DNA of 64,000 nucleotides from Candidatus Ferrigenium bremense (lineage in GTDB: Bacteria; Pseudomonadota; Gammaproteobacteria; Burkholderiales; Gallionellaceae): the NCBI GenBank assembly GCA_019449635.1, contig JAGRPI010000002.1, forward strand, positions 21,749-85,748. Reading direction: 5' to 3'. The translations under genes were made by a program, and so were the position numbers. The stretch's first letter is position 1. Every line of letters begins with the position of its first letter. Positions 17,601-29,471 of the stretch are shown piece after piece. Below the pieces are notes generated by a model. That model was not told where the DNA came from. It worked only from the letters and a program-made list of their open reading frames with translations, and did not search any database.

Positions 17601-19061
17601 ATGGCCGAATTGAAAGTCCTGTTCGCGACTTCCGAAGTCGCCCCGTTGATCAAGACGGGCGGTTTGGGCGATGTCAGCGGGGCGCTACCCGCAGCCTTGC
17701 GCGCCATCGGCGTGGATGTGCGCATCTTGGTGCCGGGATACCGGCCAGTCATCGCGCAACTGGTGCAATACCAAGTCGTCGCGACTTTCGGTGCCTTGCC
17801 GGGCTTCCCGCCGGCACGCCTGTTGTCCGGCACGATGGTGCACGATGTGCCGCTGCTGGTACTCGACTGCCCGGTCTTGTATCAGCGCGACGGCGGACCC
17901 TACCAGGATGCCAGCGGCCATGACTGGGCAGACAATGCGCTGCGCTTCGGCCTGCTCTCCAGGGTTGCCGCCGTACTGGGCTGCAACGAGTCACCGCTCG
18001 ATTGGCATCCCGACCTGGTGCATTGCAACGACTGGCAAACCGGACTGACGCCCGCCTACCTGCACTTTGCGCAAGGCTCCGCGCCGAGCATACTCGCCAT
18101 CCATAACCTGCTTTTTCAGGGAAATTTCCCGCCCGCAACGGCGAACGAACTGCATTTGCCGCCTTCCTGTTTCAGCATCGACGGGGTGGAGTATTACGGC
18201 AACCTGTCGTTCCTCAAGGCCGGGCTGTTCTACGCCGACCATATCACCACCGTCAGCCCGAACTACGCACAGGAAATCCAGCGGGAACCGCTCGGTTTCG
18301 GCATGCAGGGCCTGCTGGCCATGCGCCGCAACGAACTCACCGGCATCCTCAACGGTATCGACACCGGCGAGTGGAACCCGGCGGCCGACCCGCACCTCGC
18401 CAAAAAATACAGCAGCGCGCGCATGGCCGGCAAAGCCGCCAACAAGCAGGCGCTGCAGCGCAGGATGGGGCTGAATCTCGAACCGGACGTGCCGCTGCTC
18501 GGCGTGGTCAGCCGCCTTACCCACCAGAAGGGGCTGGACCTGCTGCTGGAGATCGCACCGCGTCTGATCGAGCTGCCGGCACAACTGGTCATGCTCGGCA
18601 CCGGCGAGGCACAAATGCAAAAAGCCGCGCTTGAACTGTCGCGCCGCTACCCCGGACGGATCGGCGCGCATATCGGTTTCAGCGAAGACCTCTCGCACCA
18701 GATCGAAGCCGGGGCGGACCTGTTCGTCATGCCGTCGCGTTTCGAACCCTGCGGCCTGAACCAGTTGTACAGCCAGCGCTACGGCACCCCGCCCATCGTC
18801 CATGCCACCGGCGGCCTGGCCGACTCGGTGGTGGACTGCACGCCGGAAACGCTCAAGGATGGTACCGCCAGCGGCTTTGCGTTCCTCGGCATGACCGCCG
18901 AGAACCTGTTCGCCACGATCCAGCGCGCGATCGGCCTGTACCGCAATCAGGCCAAATGGAAAGTGCTGCGCAAGAACTGCATGGCCAAGGACTTCAGCTG
19001 GCAGCGCAGCGCTGAGGCTTACCGCGCGGTGTATCTGAAGGTGCTGGGGCGGCAGGAATAG
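17601..19061 (+). CDS. glgA: Glycogen synthase
   Basis: KTGGLGDV, HCNDWQ, SRFEPCGL motifs. Confidence 0.97.
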   Translation: MAELKVLFATSEVAPLIKTGGLGDVSGALPAALRAIGVDVRILVPGYRPVIAQLVQYQVVATFGALPGFPPARLLSGTMVHDVPLLVLDCPVLYQRDGGPYQDASGHDWADNALRFGLLSRVAAVLGCNESPLDWHPDLVHCNDWQTGLTPAYLHFAQGSAPSILAIHNLLFQGNFPPATANELHLPPSCFSIDGVEYYGNLSFLKAGLFYADHITTVSPNYAQEIQREPLGFGMQGLLAMRRNELTGILNGIDTGEWNPAADPHLAKKYSSARMAGKAANKQALQRRMGLNLEPDVPLLGVVSRLTHQKGLDLLLEIAPRLIELPAQLVMLGTGEAQMQKAALELSRRYPGRIGAHIGFSEDLSHQIEAGADLFVMPSRFEPCGLNQLYSQRYGTPPIVHATGGLADSVVDCTPETLKDGTASGFAFLGMTAENLFATIQRAIGLYRNQAKWKVLRKNCMAKDFSWQRSAEAYRAVYLKVLGRQE

Positions 19062-19118
19062 GGAGCCGCAGTATCTGGCGTTTTTTACTGTTTACTTTAC
19101 ATTAGAGGGCATTTGCAT

Positions 19119-19562
19119 ATGGCCGATGAAGAACCGAAAGGCAGTTTTGTTAGGTGGCAGGCCGTCACTATCGGACAGCTTACCTATGCAATTAATCTCA
19201 TCCTAGGCTTCTCAGTCGCAACACTCGGGTTTCAGGTAACGCTGTTACTCGAAGATAAATTTACGCCCATTGCGTGGCAAAAGTGTGCGTTCGGCCTGTC
19301 GCTACTTCTTCTCGTAGCATCTGTAATTTTCGGCATTACGGTTGTCATCAATCGGCTTCGAGCGTTTCGTGCAACCATGCGCACAGCACGAGCACGAGAA
19401 AAAAAAGAAACCGAATCAACAATCGAGGAGCACCGCCAGTTATACCGAAAACTCGACGGTAGAACTTGGTGCCTATTTTGGTGGCAGATCGGCACCTTTG
19501 CAGGCGGTATCGTTCTTACAGTGCTGTCGCTCTTGGCTATTGCTAGTCACAAGCTCTTTTGA
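19119..19562 (+). CDS. Hypothetical membrane protein (~147 aa)
   Basis: Three hydrophobic segments; codon usage looks atypical for the neighbourhood (by eye). Confidence 0.65.
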   Translation: MADEEPKGSFVRWQAVTIGQLTYAINLILGFSVATLGFQVTLLLEDKFTPIAWQKCAFGLSLLLLVASVIFGITVVINRLRAFRATMRTARAREKKETESTIEEHRQLYRKLDGRTWCLFWWQIGTFAGGIVLTVLSLLAIASHKLF

Positions 19563-19591
19563 GCCTTTCAATGCTACGACCCCTCTCGATA

Positions 19592-19660
19592 CGCCTCATC
19601 CTCGATCACCCTGAGAAACTCATCCCCTAGCGCGCCAGCTTGTTCTGCCCGACGCCGCTG
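19592..19660 (-). pseudogene. Displaced, decayed copy of the recQ 3' end
   Basis: 69 nt aligning to 21408-21477 with 5 mismatches and a 1-nt deletion. Confidence 0.85.
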
Positions 19661-19672
19661 CCCGGATTTACG

Positions 19673-21226
19673 TCAAACCCTGACTTCCACTATCTCCGTC
19701 ACCGGCAATGCCGCGATGTCAATCAGCTTCTCGTTGCGCGGGGCGCTGAGGTTCGCCAGTTCTGAGATGCGGGAATAGGACGCACCGACAAATACCTCAC
19801 GCCCGTCTGCATCCTGGCGGCGGATGCCGAACTGCACACGTTGCCGCTCTGCTGCGGTCAGCTTGCCGAGCAGGTTCTTGGTGGCCCAGATGCCGCCGCC
19901 GCGGGCGAAGTCGGACAAGCGCGCGGCGTGGTTGATGGTGTCGCCCAGCACGGTGAATTCCACCTTGGTTTCGATGTGAAAGATGCCCAGCCATTCCTGC
20001 CCTTCGTTGAGGCCGGTATTGAGATACAACTCGTTCAGCCAATTCTTGCGCAACTGCCATTCCTTGCTGATCCTGCGCATCGTGGCCTTCATCTCCTGTG
20101 CACATAACAGCGCGTTGAAGATGTAGTTGCAATCGGGCTGCGGGAAAAAGTAGTACACCATACCGTCGCCCACATGCTTGCCGTGGGTGCCATAGTACTT
20201 GCGGAAGATGGGCTCCATGGTGGACCAGATCTGGTTGATGAGTTCGAAGTATTCCTCCGGCGGCAGTTCGGTGCAGATGCGCACCGAGTTCTGCAAGTCC
20301 GCAACCAGCACGGCGACCTCCGTCAGCACAGGCAGATGTTTTTTCAGCAGGTTGCGGATCACTTCGTCGCGCCGCTCCAGTAGCCCCAGCAAGCTGTCGC
20401 TGGCGGCGTGACCGGGCTGATAGACGAGCAGGATACCTTCGCGGTAATAGGCGGCATAGACGTTGTAATGGACAACCTCGCCGTTTTCCAGGACAAGCGT
20501 GAGCGGCAGTTGCATCAGTGTCCCGCCGGGACGGGCTTCGGCCAGAGGTTCTCCCGTTTGCATGACTGGGATGTCAGACTTACCAGTGAGTACGTCCATC
20601 AGGCCGTTGCGTGAAAGGCGTCCCTTGCCCAGCAGCAGGTAGAATTGCAGCAACTCCTCGCGATTGGCGCCACTCCTGCCCAGTCGCCCCTTGAGCAAGA
20701 AGTCCAGCGCGTTGCGTTCCTTGATATCTGCGGGCAAGCGGTCAAATTCGCCCAGCAGTTCGGTGCGCGCCGCTTCGTTGTACCAGGTGATCTCGAAGTT
20801 GTAGTTGACCATATAGGCCGGGAAGGGGATGTGGTCGATCGTGAGCCGGAGTTGATTGGGTTGGGCTGGTACGGCAGGCGGGGATGCATATTTATTATCC
20901 GCAGGGACGGGCCGCGCTGCAGATTCGAGGATAGGTGCATGGGTCGACTTGAGCATTTGCATCGGTGCCTCCGGTATCTGTAAATCATCCAACTCCATTT
21001 GCCGGGTAATTTCTGCCATGGCACAGCCATCCTTTTTTAATTGCTGGATGCGTTTCAGGCGTGTCAGTACTTCGTTGGGGAAATAGCCGATCTGGCGCGC
21101 CTGGGTCGAAGCTCCCGGCTCTGGATTCTTCACCAGCGGGCGAGGCAGCAGCCCCTGAGAGATGTAGTTATTGAGCGTGGCGCGGGAAATATTTGCGGCC
21201 TGCATTACCTCAAAACTTGTCAACAT
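19673..21226 (-). CDS. MerR-like HTH fused to a class III adenylate/guanylate cyclase
   Basis: N-terminal ISRATLNNYISQGLLPRP HTH; cyclase motifs VLVADLQNS, KHVGDG, FTVLGDTINHAARL. Confidence 0.9.
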   Translation of the reverse strand: MLTSFEVMQAANISRATLNNYISQGLLPRPLVKNPEPGASTQARQIGYFPNEVLTRLKRIQQLKKDGCAMAEITRQMELDDLQIPEAPMQMLKSTHAPILESAARPVPADNKYASPPAVPAQPNQLRLTIDHIPFPAYMVNYNFEITWYNEAARTELLGEFDRLPADIKERNALDFLLKGRLGRSGANREELLQFYLLLGKGRLSRNGLMDVLTGKSDIPVMQTGEPLAEARPGGTLMQLPLTLVLENGEVVHYNVYAAYYREGILLVYQPGHAASDSLLGLLERRDEVIRNLLKKHLPVLTEVAVLVADLQNSVRICTELPPEEYFELINQIWSTMEPIFRKYYGTHGKHVGDGMVYYFFPQPDCNYIFNALLCAQEMKATMRRISKEWQLRKNWLNELYLNTGLNEGQEWLGIFHIETKVEFTVLGDTINHAARLSDFARGGGIWATKNLLGKLTAAERQRVQFGIRRQDADGREVFVGASYSRISELANLSAPRNEKLIDIAALPVTEIVEVRV

Positions 21227-21230
21227 GATT

Positions 21231-21374
21231 TAGACAGACTAACTGTATAATTTGGACAGTTGTATGTTTAACCAATTAAACTGTCTATGTCAAGAGAATT
21301 TTTACATACAGTTGACTGGCTATCTAATTGCTGCAAAATAATATTCAACTTTGTTTGTTGCGACATGGACAGTA
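21231..21374. promoter_or_regulatory. Cluster of TAGACAGTT-like sites upstream of the HTH-cyclase gene
   Basis: About 7 imperfect copies in both orientations (21231, 21241, 21253, 21279, 21305, 21314, 21366). Confidence 0.45.
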
Positions 21375-21398
21375 CAGATAGACGTCCAATATGTATGG

Positions 21399-23243
21399 CT
21401 ATTGATTCGCCGCATCCTCGATTACCCTGAGAAACTCATCGCCATAGCGCGTCAGCTTGTTCTGTCCGACGCCGCTGATCCGGCCCAGTTCGTCCAGGCT
21501 GGCGGGGCGCTGGTTGAGGATTTCCAGCAGGGTGCTGTCGTGGAAGATGACGTAGGGCGGCACGCCCTGTTCACGGGCGAGTTCCGTGCGCTTGGCCTTG
21601 AGCGCGAGCCACAGGCGGTCTTCGCTCGCGCCGGCAAACGGTTCGCGTGACTTTGCATTTCTTTGGGCCTTACGCTCGGCGCGCTGCGCCTTGCGCTTGG
21701 CCGGGTCGGCGTCGCGGCGCAGCCAGACTTCCTGTTCGCCGCGCAGCACCGGGCGGGCGGCTGGAGTGAGTTTCAGACCACCGTAGGCTTCGATGTCGGC
21801 TTCCAGCAGGCCGCCCGCCACCAGTTGGCGATACACGCCGCTCCATTGCGCGGGGCTGATCTCCTTGCCGATGCCGAAGGTGGAAAGGGTGTCGTGATTG
21901 AATTTTTCGACCCGTTCGGTGAGCTTGCCGGTCAGCACGTCGGCCAAGTGCCCCGCGCCGAAGCGTTGCCCGGTGCGGTACACGCAGGACAACGCCATCC
22001 GCGCGGCCTCGGTGGCATCCCAGGTGTCCACCGGCTCCAGGCAGTTGTCGCATGCGCCGCAGTTGCCCGGGTGCTCCTCGCAGAAATAGCGCAGCACGGT
22101 TTGATGGCGGCAGGCGGTGGATTCGCAGTAGCCGAGCAGCGCGTCCAGCTTCTGCCGCTCCAGCCGCTTGCGTTCCTCCGGGGCGTCGCCGCCGGCTATC
22201 ATCTGGCGCATCGACACCACATCGCCCAGGCCGTAGGCCAGCCAAGCGTTGGCGGGCAAGCCGTCGCGCCCGGCGCGGCCGGTTTCCTGATAGTAGCCTT
22301 CCATGCTCTTGGGCAGGTCGAGATGGGCGACGAAGCGCACATTGGGTTTGTCGATGCCCATACCGAACGCCACGGTGGCGACCATCACCACGCCTTCCTC
22401 GCGCAGGAAACGGCTCTGATTTTTGCTGCGTGTCACGGTATCCAGCCCGGCGTGGTAGGGCAGCGCATCCCAGCCGCGCTCCTTGAGCCAGGCAGCGGTT
22501 TCCTCCACTTTCTTGCGCGACAGGCAATACACGATGCCGGAATCGTTTGCATGTTCCGTCTCAAGGAAATCCTGCAACTGATTGCGCGCATTGGATTTTT
22601 GTGTGACACGGTAGCGGATGTTGGCGCGGTCGAAACTGGAGACGAACTGGCGTGCCTGTTCCAGTGCCAGCCGTTCGACGATCTCGCCGCGCGTCGGGGT
22701 ATCTGCCGTCGCGGTGAGCGCGATGCGCGGCACGGCGGGGAATCGTTCGTGCAATACCGTCAGTGCGCGGTACTCGGGGCGGAAGTCGTGCCCCCATTGC
22801 GAGACGCAATGCGCCTCGTCGATGGCGAACAAGGCCAGCCCGGAAGTTTCCTGAATTTGTTCCAATAAGGAGAGGAAGCCGGGCATCAGCAGGCGTTCCG
22901 GAGCGACATACAGCAAGTCGAGTTCGCCGCGCAGCAGACGGCCTTGCACCTCGCGCGCGGCATCGGCGCTGATGCTGGAATTGAGGAAGGCCGCTCTCAC
23001 GCCGATCTGGATGAGTGCATCCACCTGGTCCTGCATCAGCGCGATCAGCGGCGACACCACGATGCCCGCACCCGGCCGCAACAGCGCGGGAATCTGGTAG
23101 CACAGCGATTTGCCGCCGCCGGTCGGCATCAGCACCAGCGCGTCGCCACCCGCCGCGACATGCTCGACGATGGCCTGCTGCTCGCCGCGAAAGGCGGCAT
23201 AGCCGAATACGTCGCGCAGGATCTGCTGTGGGGTGGATGTCAT
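21399..23243 (-). CDS. recQ: ATP-dependent DNA helicase RecQ
   Basis: [35 protein letters not shown]-terminal HRDC domain. Confidence 0.97.
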   Translation of the reverse strand: MTSTPQQILRDVFGYAAFRGEQQAIVEHVAAGGDALVLMPTGGGKSLCYQIPALLRPGAGIVVSPLIALMQDQVDALIQIGVRAAFLNSSISADAAREVQGRLLRGELDLLYVAPERLLMPGFLSLLEQIQETSGLALFAIDEAHCVSQWGHDFRPEYRALTVLHERFPAVPRIALTATADTPTRGEIVERLALEQARQFVSSFDRANIRYRVTQKSNARNQLQDFLETEHANDSGIVYCLSRKKVEETAAWLKERGWDALPYHAGLDTVTRSKNQSRFLREEGVVMVATVAFGMGIDKPNVRFVAHLDLPKSMEGYYQETGRAGRDGLPANAWLAYGLGDVVSMRQMIAGGDAPEERKRLERQKLDALLGYCESTACRHQTVLRYFCEEHPGNCGACDNCLEPVDTWDATEAARMALSCVYRTGQRFGAGHLADVLTGKLTERVEKFNHDTLSTFGIGKEISPAQWSGVYRQLVAGGLLEADIEAYGGLKLTPAARPVLRGEQEVWLRRDADPAKRKAQRAERKAQRNAKSREPFAGASEDRLWLALKAKRTELAREQGVPPYVIFHDSTLLEILNQRPASLDELGRISGVGQNKLTRYGDEFLRVIEDAANQ

Positions 23244-23320
23244 GGCCGGGTGAGTATCATGTCAGGTGGCGGGCATGGCAAACAGATTGGTTTCGCCCGG
23301 AAAATAATGGTATTTTACGC

Positions 23321-24169
23321 ATGACCACCCTAACGAAGGAAAAGATATTGGATCAGTCACAGGATAACCTGCTCGAGGTCAGCGACCTCCATTTCGCCTA
23401 CAACCAACGCGAGGTGCTGAAGGGCATCAACCTCAACATCCCGCGCGGCAAGATCGTCGCCATCCTCGGCAGCAGCGGATGCGGCAAGACCACCTTGTTG
23501 CGCCATTTCGGCGGGCAGTTGCGGCCATCGCGCGGCAGCGTGAAATTCATGGGCAAGGTAGTGCACGAGCTCGGCAATGACGAGCTGTTCACGATGCGGC
23601 TGAAAATGGGTATGATGTTCCAGGTGAGCGGGTTGTTCACCGACTTGTCGGTGTTTGACAACCTGGCCTTCCCGATGCGCGAGCACACCGACCTTCCGGA
23701 GGAGATGATCCGCGACCTGGTGCTGATGAAGCTGCATGCCGTGGGGCTGCGCAACGCCCGCGACCTGATGCCGAACGAGCTTTCGGGCGGCATGGAACGG
23801 CGTGTGGCGCTGGCGCGGGCGATCGCCACCGATCCCGCGCTGATCATCTACGACGAGCCGTTCGCCGGCCTCGACCCGATTTCGCTCAACACCATCGCGA
23901 ACCTGATCCGGCGGCTGAACGATGCGCTCGGCGTGACCTCGGTGGTGGTGACCTATGACCTGTCGGAATCGCTCAAGATCGCCGATTATGTATTCTTCAT
24001 CCATGACGGCGTGGTCGTGGCGGAAGGCGAGGCCGGAGAAATCTTCGAGTCGGGAAATCCCTTTGTCCGACAATTCGTCCACGCGCAACCGGATGGGCCG
24101 GTTGCCTTCCAGTATCCGAGCATCATTCCCTACGAGGATGAGCTGAACCTCAAGGCCGCAGCAACTTGA
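23321..24169 (+). CDS. mlaF: ABC transporter ATP-binding protein, MlaF-like
   Basis: GSSGCGKT, LSGGMERRVALARA, YDEPFAGLDP. Confidence 0.85.
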   Translation: MTTLTKEKILDQSQDNLLEVSDLHFAYNQREVLKGINLNIPRGKIVAILGSSGCGKTTLLRHFGGQLRPSRGSVKFMGKVVHELGNDELFTMRLKMGMMFQVSGLFTDLSVFDNLAFPMREHTDLPEEMIRDLVLMKLHAVGLRNARDLMPNELSGGMERRVALARAIATDPALIIYDEPFAGLDPISLNTIANLIRRLNDALGVTSVVVTYDLSESLKIADYVFFIHDGVVVAEGEAGEIFESGNPFVRQFVHAQPDGPVAFQYPSIIPYEDELNLKAAAT

Positions 24170-24180
24170 AATTCAGCAGG

Positions 24181-25821
24181 CTAGACGTGCTTGCGGAAGT
24201 GGTCGATCAATCCGCCGGTCGAGGCATCATGCTTTGATGCCATCGCCGCATCGCTCAACTCCGGCAGGATTTTGCCGGCCAGTTGTTTGCCCAGTTCCAC
24301 CCCCCATTGGTCGAACGAGTTGATGTTCCACACCACGCCTTGCACGAACACCTTATGCTCATAGAGCGCGATCAGCATGCCCAGTGTGTGCGGATCGAGC
24401 CGGTCGAACAGCAGGGTATTGGTCGGCCGGTTGCCGGGAAACACCTTGTGCGGCAGCAGGGTTTCCAGCGCCTCGCCGTGCAAGCCTTGCGCGGCGAGTT
24501 CGGCGCGCGCTTCCTCGGCAGTCTTGCCGAGCATCAGGGCTTCGGACTGCGCGAAGCAGTTGGCCAGCAGGATGGCGTGATGCTCGCCGGCGGGGTTATG
24601 GCTGTGCAACGGCGCCAGGAAATCCGCCGGGATCAGGCGCGTACCCTGGTGGAGGAGCTGGTAGAACGCGTGCTGGCCGTTAGTGCCGGGCTCGCCCCAC
24701 ATCACCATGCCGGTGTCGTAATCCACCGTATTGCCGTCGCGATCCACGCGCTTGCCGTTACTCTCCATCTCCAGTTGCTGCAGATAGGCGGGAAAGCGGT
24801 GCAGGGATTGGTCGTAGGGGAATACGGCATTCGAGCACGCGCCGAAGAAGTTGCCATACCAGACACCGAGCAGTCCCAGCAGCACCGGGATATTTTTTTC
24901 CAGCGGCGCGCTGCGGAAGTGCTCATCCACCGCGCAGGCACCGCCCAGCAATTCCTCGAATCTATCCATGCCCACGTACAGCGCGATCGGCAGGCCGATG
25001 GCCGACCATAGCGAGTAGCGCCCGCCGACCCAGTCCCAGAACCCGAACACGTTTTCCGGGTGGATGCCGAACTGGGCAGTGGCGTCGAGGTTGGTGGAAA
25101 CGGCGGCGAAGTGTTTTGCCACGGCTTGCTCATCGCCCAATTTTTCGACCAGCCAGGCCCGGGCGGAGCGCGCATTGGTGAGGGTCTCCTGGGTGGTAAA
25201 GGTCTTCGAGCTGATGATGAACAGCGTGGTCTCGGCGTCCAGTTTTTTCAGCGTTTCGGCGAGGTGCGCGCCGTCCACGTTGGAGACGAAATGCGCACTC
25301 AGCTTCGGGCTGGCGTAGGGCTTGAGGGCTTCGCACGCCATCAGCGGGCCGAGGTCGGAGCCGCCGATGCCGATGTTGACGATGTCGCAGATGTCCTTGC
25401 CGGTGTGGCCGACATGCCGGCCATTGCGCACCGCATCTGAGAAACGGCGCATCAGCTCCAGGATGCGCCGCACCTCGGGCATGACATCCTTGCCGTCCAC
25501 ATAAACGGGATGGCCGGAGCGGTTGCGTAGCGCGGTATGCAAAGCGGCGCGCCGCTCGGTGAAATTGATCTTCTTGCCGCCGAACATGCGCCCGATGCAG
25601 GCAGGCAACCCGGCTTGTTCGGCCAAGGCAACCAGCAATTTTATGGTTTCACCATTAATGCGGTTCTTGGAGTAATCGAGCAGCAGCTCGCCGAGTTGCA
25701 GCGAGAATTTGCCGAAACGCGCCGGATCATCCTGGAACATGCGGCGCATTTGGACTGGTTCAATCGCGGCATGGTGCGCCTTGAGTGCTTGCCAGGCCGG
25801 GGATGAGGTTAGTTTTGACAT
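24181..25821 (-). CDS. pgi: Glucose-6-phosphate isomerase
   Basis: [25 protein letters not shown] motifs. Confidence 0.97.
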   Translation of the reverse strand: MSKLTSSPAWQALKAHHAAIEPVQMRRMFQDDPARFGKFSLQLGELLLDYSKNRINGETIKLLVALAEQAGLPACIGRMFGGKKINFTERRAALHTALRNRSGHPVYVDGKDVMPEVRRILELMRRFSDAVRNGRHVGHTGKDICDIVNIGIGGSDLGPLMACEALKPYASPKLSAHFVSNVDGAHLAETLKKLDAETTLFIISSKTFTTQETLTNARSARAWLVEKLGDEQAVAKHFAAVSTNLDATAQFGIHPENVFGFWDWVGGRYSLWSAIGLPIALYVGMDRFEELLGGACAVDEHFRSAPLEKNIPVLLGLLGVWYGNFFGACSNAVFPYDQSLHRFPAYLQQLEMESNGKRVDRDGNTVDYDTGMVMWGEPGTNGQHAFYQLLHQGTRLIPADFLAPLHSHNPAGEHHAILLANCFAQSEALMLGKTAEEARAELAAQGLHGEALETLLPHKVFPGNRPTNTLLFDRLDPHTLGMLIALYEHKVFVQGVVWNINSFDQWGVELGKQLAGKILPELSDAAMASKHDASTGGLIDHFRKHV

Positions 25822-25854
25822 GGTGGTCGGTTCAAATCAACAACAAGCAATTAG

Positions 25855-28032
25855 CTAGGCTTCCGGCACCAGAATGACCCCCGCCAGCGGCGGCAGGACG
25901 ATCTCGGCGGAGCAGGGCAGCCCCATCCAGGGGACCGGCTCCGCCTGGATCAGACCGGCATTGCCGAGGTTGCTGCCCGTGTAATATTCCGAATCGCTGT
26001 TCAGCACTTCGCGGTATTTTGCCTGCATCGGCAGGCCGATGCGGTAACGGTTGCGCGGCACGGGAGTCAGGTTCAGCGCGACGATGGCAATGGAACCGTC
26101 GCGTGCGCGCCGCAGATAGGACAATACCGATTTCTCCGCATCGTTGCAGTCTATCCAGGAGAAGCCCTCGTGCTGGAAATCCAGGTCATGCAGCGCGGGC
26201 AGCCTGCGATAGAGCCGGTTGAGGTCATGCGCCAGATTTTGCATGCCGCGATGCATTCCCTCGCCCAGCTGCCACCATTCCAGTTCCCATTTCGATTGCC
26301 ACTCGCGCCCTTGGGCGATTTCGTTACCCATGAAGTTGAGTTTCTTGCCCGGGCTGGTCATCTGGTAAGTCAGCAGCAGGCGCAGGTTGGCGAATTTTTG
26401 CCAGGCATCGCCGGGCATCTTGGACAGCAGCGAACCTTTGCCATGCACGACTTCGTCATGCGAGAACGGCAGCACGAAATTCTCGGTGTAGGCATAGAGC
26501 TGGCCGAAAGTGAGCTGGTTGTGGTGATAGCGGCGGTGCACCGGGTCATGTCGGAAATAGCTCAGCGTGTCGTTCATCCAGCCCATGTTCCACTTGATCG
26601 AGAAGCCCAGCCCGCCCAGATAAACCGGGCGCGACACGCCGGGCCAGGCGGTGGATTCCTCCGCCATGGTCAGCGCGCCGGGGAACTCCTCGTGCACCAT
26701 GATGTTCATCTCGCGCAGGAAATCCACCGCGTCGAGGTTCTCGCGCCCGCCGTATTTGTTCGGTATCCATTCGCCTTCCTTGCGCGAATAGTCCAGGTAC
26801 AGCATCGAGGCGACGGCATCCACGCGCAGGCCGTCGAAGTGAAATTCGGCAAGCCAATAGTGCGCGCTGGACATCAGGAAGCTCTTCACCTCGTTGCGGC
26901 CGTAATTGAAGACGTGCGTGCCCCATTCCTGGTGGAAGCCGAGGCGCGGGTCTTCGTGCTCATACAAGGCGGTGCCATCGAAGTGCGCCAGTGCCCAGTC
27001 GTCTTTGGGGAAATGCGCCGGCACCCAGTCAAGGATCACGCCGATGCCCGCCTGGTGGCAACAATCGACGAAATGGCGCAATTCGTCGGGAGAGCCGAAG
27101 CGGCTGGTCGGCGCGAAATAGCCGGTAGCCTGGTAGCCCCACGACTCGTCCAGCGGGTGCTCGGAGATCGGCAGCAACTCGATGTGCGTGTAGCCCATGC
27201 CTTTGACGTAGGGAACGAGGTCGGCGGCCAGCTCGCTATAGGTGTAGAAGCGCCCGTCGGGGTGACGCTTCCACGAACCGGCATGCACTTCGTAGATATT
27301 GATCGCACCGTGCAGCCAGTCCCATCGTCCGCGCTGCTCCATCCATTCGTTGTCCTGCCAAAGGTGCCGGTTGGGCGGCGCGGCGAGGGCTGCCGTGCCG
27401 GGGCGATGTTCGTAGCCTTGCGCATAGGGGTCGGTCTTGGCCAGCAGATGCCCGGTATCGCGGTTGCGGATCTCGTAGCGGTACAGCGCATGTTGCGGAA
27501 TCTCGGGGATGAACAATTCCCACACGCCGCTGGAGCCGTGCGAGCGCATCGGATGCATGCGGCCATCCCAGTTGTTGAATTCGCCCACCACGCTGACGCG
27601 CTCGGCATTCGGCGCCCAGACGGCGAAGCGCACCCCCTTGATGCCATCGATCTCGATGCCGTGCGAACCCAGCATCCGGTAACCTTGGCGCAGCTTGCCT
27701 TCGCCGAACAGATACAAGTCCTGCGGGGAAATATGCTGCGGAAACTGGTAGGGATCGAAGACTTCACGGGTCGTGCTGCCATAGTGCATGCGCAGGCGAT
27801 AGGGGCGGGCGGGTTCGCTGCTGCCGCGCCATTCGAATACCCCGGCGGGGTGGATGCGCCTGAGCGCAGAGACTGTTTCGGTGTTGCTCAGCAGGTCGAC
27901 ATCCGTGGCGTAAGGTTCATATACCCTGACAACCCACTCCGCGCCTTCGCAATGCAGGCCGAGCAAGCCGAATGGATCATGGAGACGGGCTTGCAGCAGC
28001 GATTCGATAGGTCTCTTCACCTGTTCCACCAT
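25855..28032 (-). CDS. glgB: 1,4-alpha-glucan branching enzyme (GH13)
   Basis: [32 protein letters not shown] motifs. Confidence 0.97.
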   Translation of the reverse strand: MVEQVKRPIESLLQARLHDPFGLLGLHCEGAEWVVRVYEPYATDVDLLSNTETVSALRRIHPAGVFEWRGSSEPARPYRLRMHYGSTTREVFDPYQFPQHISPQDLYLFGEGKLRQGYRMLGSHGIEIDGIKGVRFAVWAPNAERVSVVGEFNNWDGRMHPMRSHGSSGVWELFIPEIPQHALYRYEIRNRDTGHLLAKTDPYAQGYEHRPGTAALAAPPNRHLWQDNEWMEQRGRWDWLHGAINIYEVHAGSWKRHPDGRFYTYSELAADLVPYVKGMGYTHIELLPISEHPLDESWGYQATGYFAPTSRFGSPDELRHFVDCCHQAGIGVILDWVPAHFPKDDWALAHFDGTALYEHEDPRLGFHQEWGTHVFNYGRNEVKSFLMSSAHYWLAEFHFDGLRVDAVASMLYLDYSRKEGEWIPNKYGGRENLDAVDFLREMNIMVHEEFPGALTMAEESTAWPGVSRPVYLGGLGFSIKWNMGWMNDTLSYFRHDPVHRRYHHNQLTFGQLYAYTENFVLPFSHDEVVHGKGSLLSKMPGDAWQKFANLRLLLTYQMTSPGKKLNFMGNEIAQGREWQSKWELEWWQLGEGMHRGMQNLAHDLNRLYRRLPALHDLDFQHEGFSWIDCNDAEKSVLSYLRRARDGSIAIVALNLTPVPRNRYRIGLPMQAKYREVLNSDSEYYTGSNLGNAGLIQAEPVPWMGLPCSAEIVLPPLAGVILVPEA

Positions 28033-28104
28033 TGTTCTTGTCTAGTGGGACGATTGTAAACGATAATGGCCGCGCGACAATAAGGTAAATGAAGGGAGCG
28101 CAAA

Positions 28105-29430
28105 ATGAAATCCGATCCGGGTTACCTGCAAAGAAAATATCATCTCGCCACAGGAGAACCGGCATCGCGCTTTGTCAGCCGCATCACCAAAAATACCTAT
28201 GCGATGGTGCTGGCCGGCGGGCGCGGCAGCCGCCTGCATCAACTGACCGATTGGCGCGCCAAACCCGCTGTTCCTTTCGGTGGCAAGTTCCGCATCATTG
28301 ATTTCGTGCTGTCCAACTGCGTGAATTCCGGCATCCGCCGCATCGGTGTTGCGACGCAATACAAGTCGCACAGCCTGATCCAGCACATCCAGCACGGCTG
28401 GTCTTTTTTGAGCGGCCAGTTCGGCGAAGCCGTCAGCTTGCTGCCTGCGCAACAGCGCGTCAGCGAGGGGCACTGGTATCAGGGAACCGCCGATGCGGTG
28501 TACCAGAACCTTGATATCCTGCGCGAGGCCGACCCCGATTTTGTACTGATCCTGGCCGGCGACCATGTATATAAAATGGACTACGGCAGGCTGCTGGCGT
28601 TTCATGTCGAGAACAAAGCCGACATGACCGTCGCCTGCCTGGAAGTGCCGCTAGCCGAGGCGACTGCGTTTGGTGTGATGGGCGTGGACGAGAACTCTCG
28701 TGTCGTAAAATTCGACGAAAAACCCTCCCATCCCGCTTCCATTCCCGGCAAGCCGGACAAGTCGCTGGCCAGCATGGGTATCTATGTATTCAATACGCGC
28801 TTTCTCTTCGAGCAGTTGATCCGCGATGCCGATGATCCGCATTCCAGCCACGATTTCGGCAAGGATTTGATCCCGCATATGGTTCAAAGGTATCGGGTGT
28901 TTGCGCAAAGTTTCGAGCAAAGCTGCGTGCGTATGGGTAGCGGCAAAGAACCCTATTGGCGCGACGTGGGCACCATCGATGCCTACTGGGAAGCCAACAT
29001 GGAACTGACCAAGGTCATCCCCGACCTGAATATGTACGATCAGGAATGGCCGATCTGGACGCACCAGGAGCAGTTGCCTCCTGCCAAGTTCGTGTTCGAC
29101 GATGACGATCGGCGCGGCATGGCCATCGATTCGCTGGTTTCCGGCGGGTGCATCATCAGCGGCTCGGCGGTGCGCCGTTCGCTGCTGTTCTCCAATGTGC
29201 GCGTCGATGCTCATTGCAACATCGAAGATTCGGTGCTGCTGCCCAAGGTGCACATCGGCTGCCATGTCACGCTGAAGCGCGTCATCGTGGACAAGAGCTG
29301 CAAGATTCCCGACGGTCTGGAAGTCGGGGTCAATCCGGCAGAAGATCGCAAGCGCTTCCATGTCAGCCCGAATGGCGTGACGCTCATTACCCCGGAAATG
29401 CTCGGGCAGAAGGTTCACTGTCTTCGTTGA
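28105..29430 (+). CDS. glgC: Glucose-1-phosphate adenylyltransferase
   Basis: [28 protein letters not shown] motifs. Confidence 0.97.
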   Translation: MKSDPGYLQRKYHLATGEPASRFVSRITKNTYAMVLAGGRGSRLHQLTDWRAKPAVPFGGKFRIIDFVLSNCVNSGIRRIGVATQYKSHSLIQHIQHGWSFLSGQFGEAVSLLPAQQRVSEGHWYQGTADAVYQNLDILREADPDFVLILAGDHVYKMDYGRLLAFHVENKADMTVACLEVPLAEATAFGVMGVDENSRVVKFDEKPSHPASIPGKPDKSLASMGIYVFNTRFLFEQLIRDADDPHSSHDFGKDLIPHMVQRYRVFAQSFEQSCVRMGSGKEPYWRDVGTIDAYWEANMELTKVIPDLNMYDQEWPIWTHQEQLPPAKFVFDDDDRRGMAIDSLVSGGCIISGSAVRRSLLFSNVRVDAHCNIEDSVLLPKVHIGCHVTLKRVIVDKSCKIPDGLEVGVNPAEDRKRFHVSPNGVTLITPEMLGQKVHCLR

Positions 29431-29471
29431 CTTGAAAAACATTACCCACCCCGGAACATGTGGGCTTCCTT

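Noticed and set aside
26170-28059. 629-aa ORF opposite glgB (also 11493-12761, 15291-16625, 21663-22868, 51441-52448, 57028-58257 and similar)
   Set aside because: Antisense shadow frames of GC-rich, well-conserved genes; no motifs.
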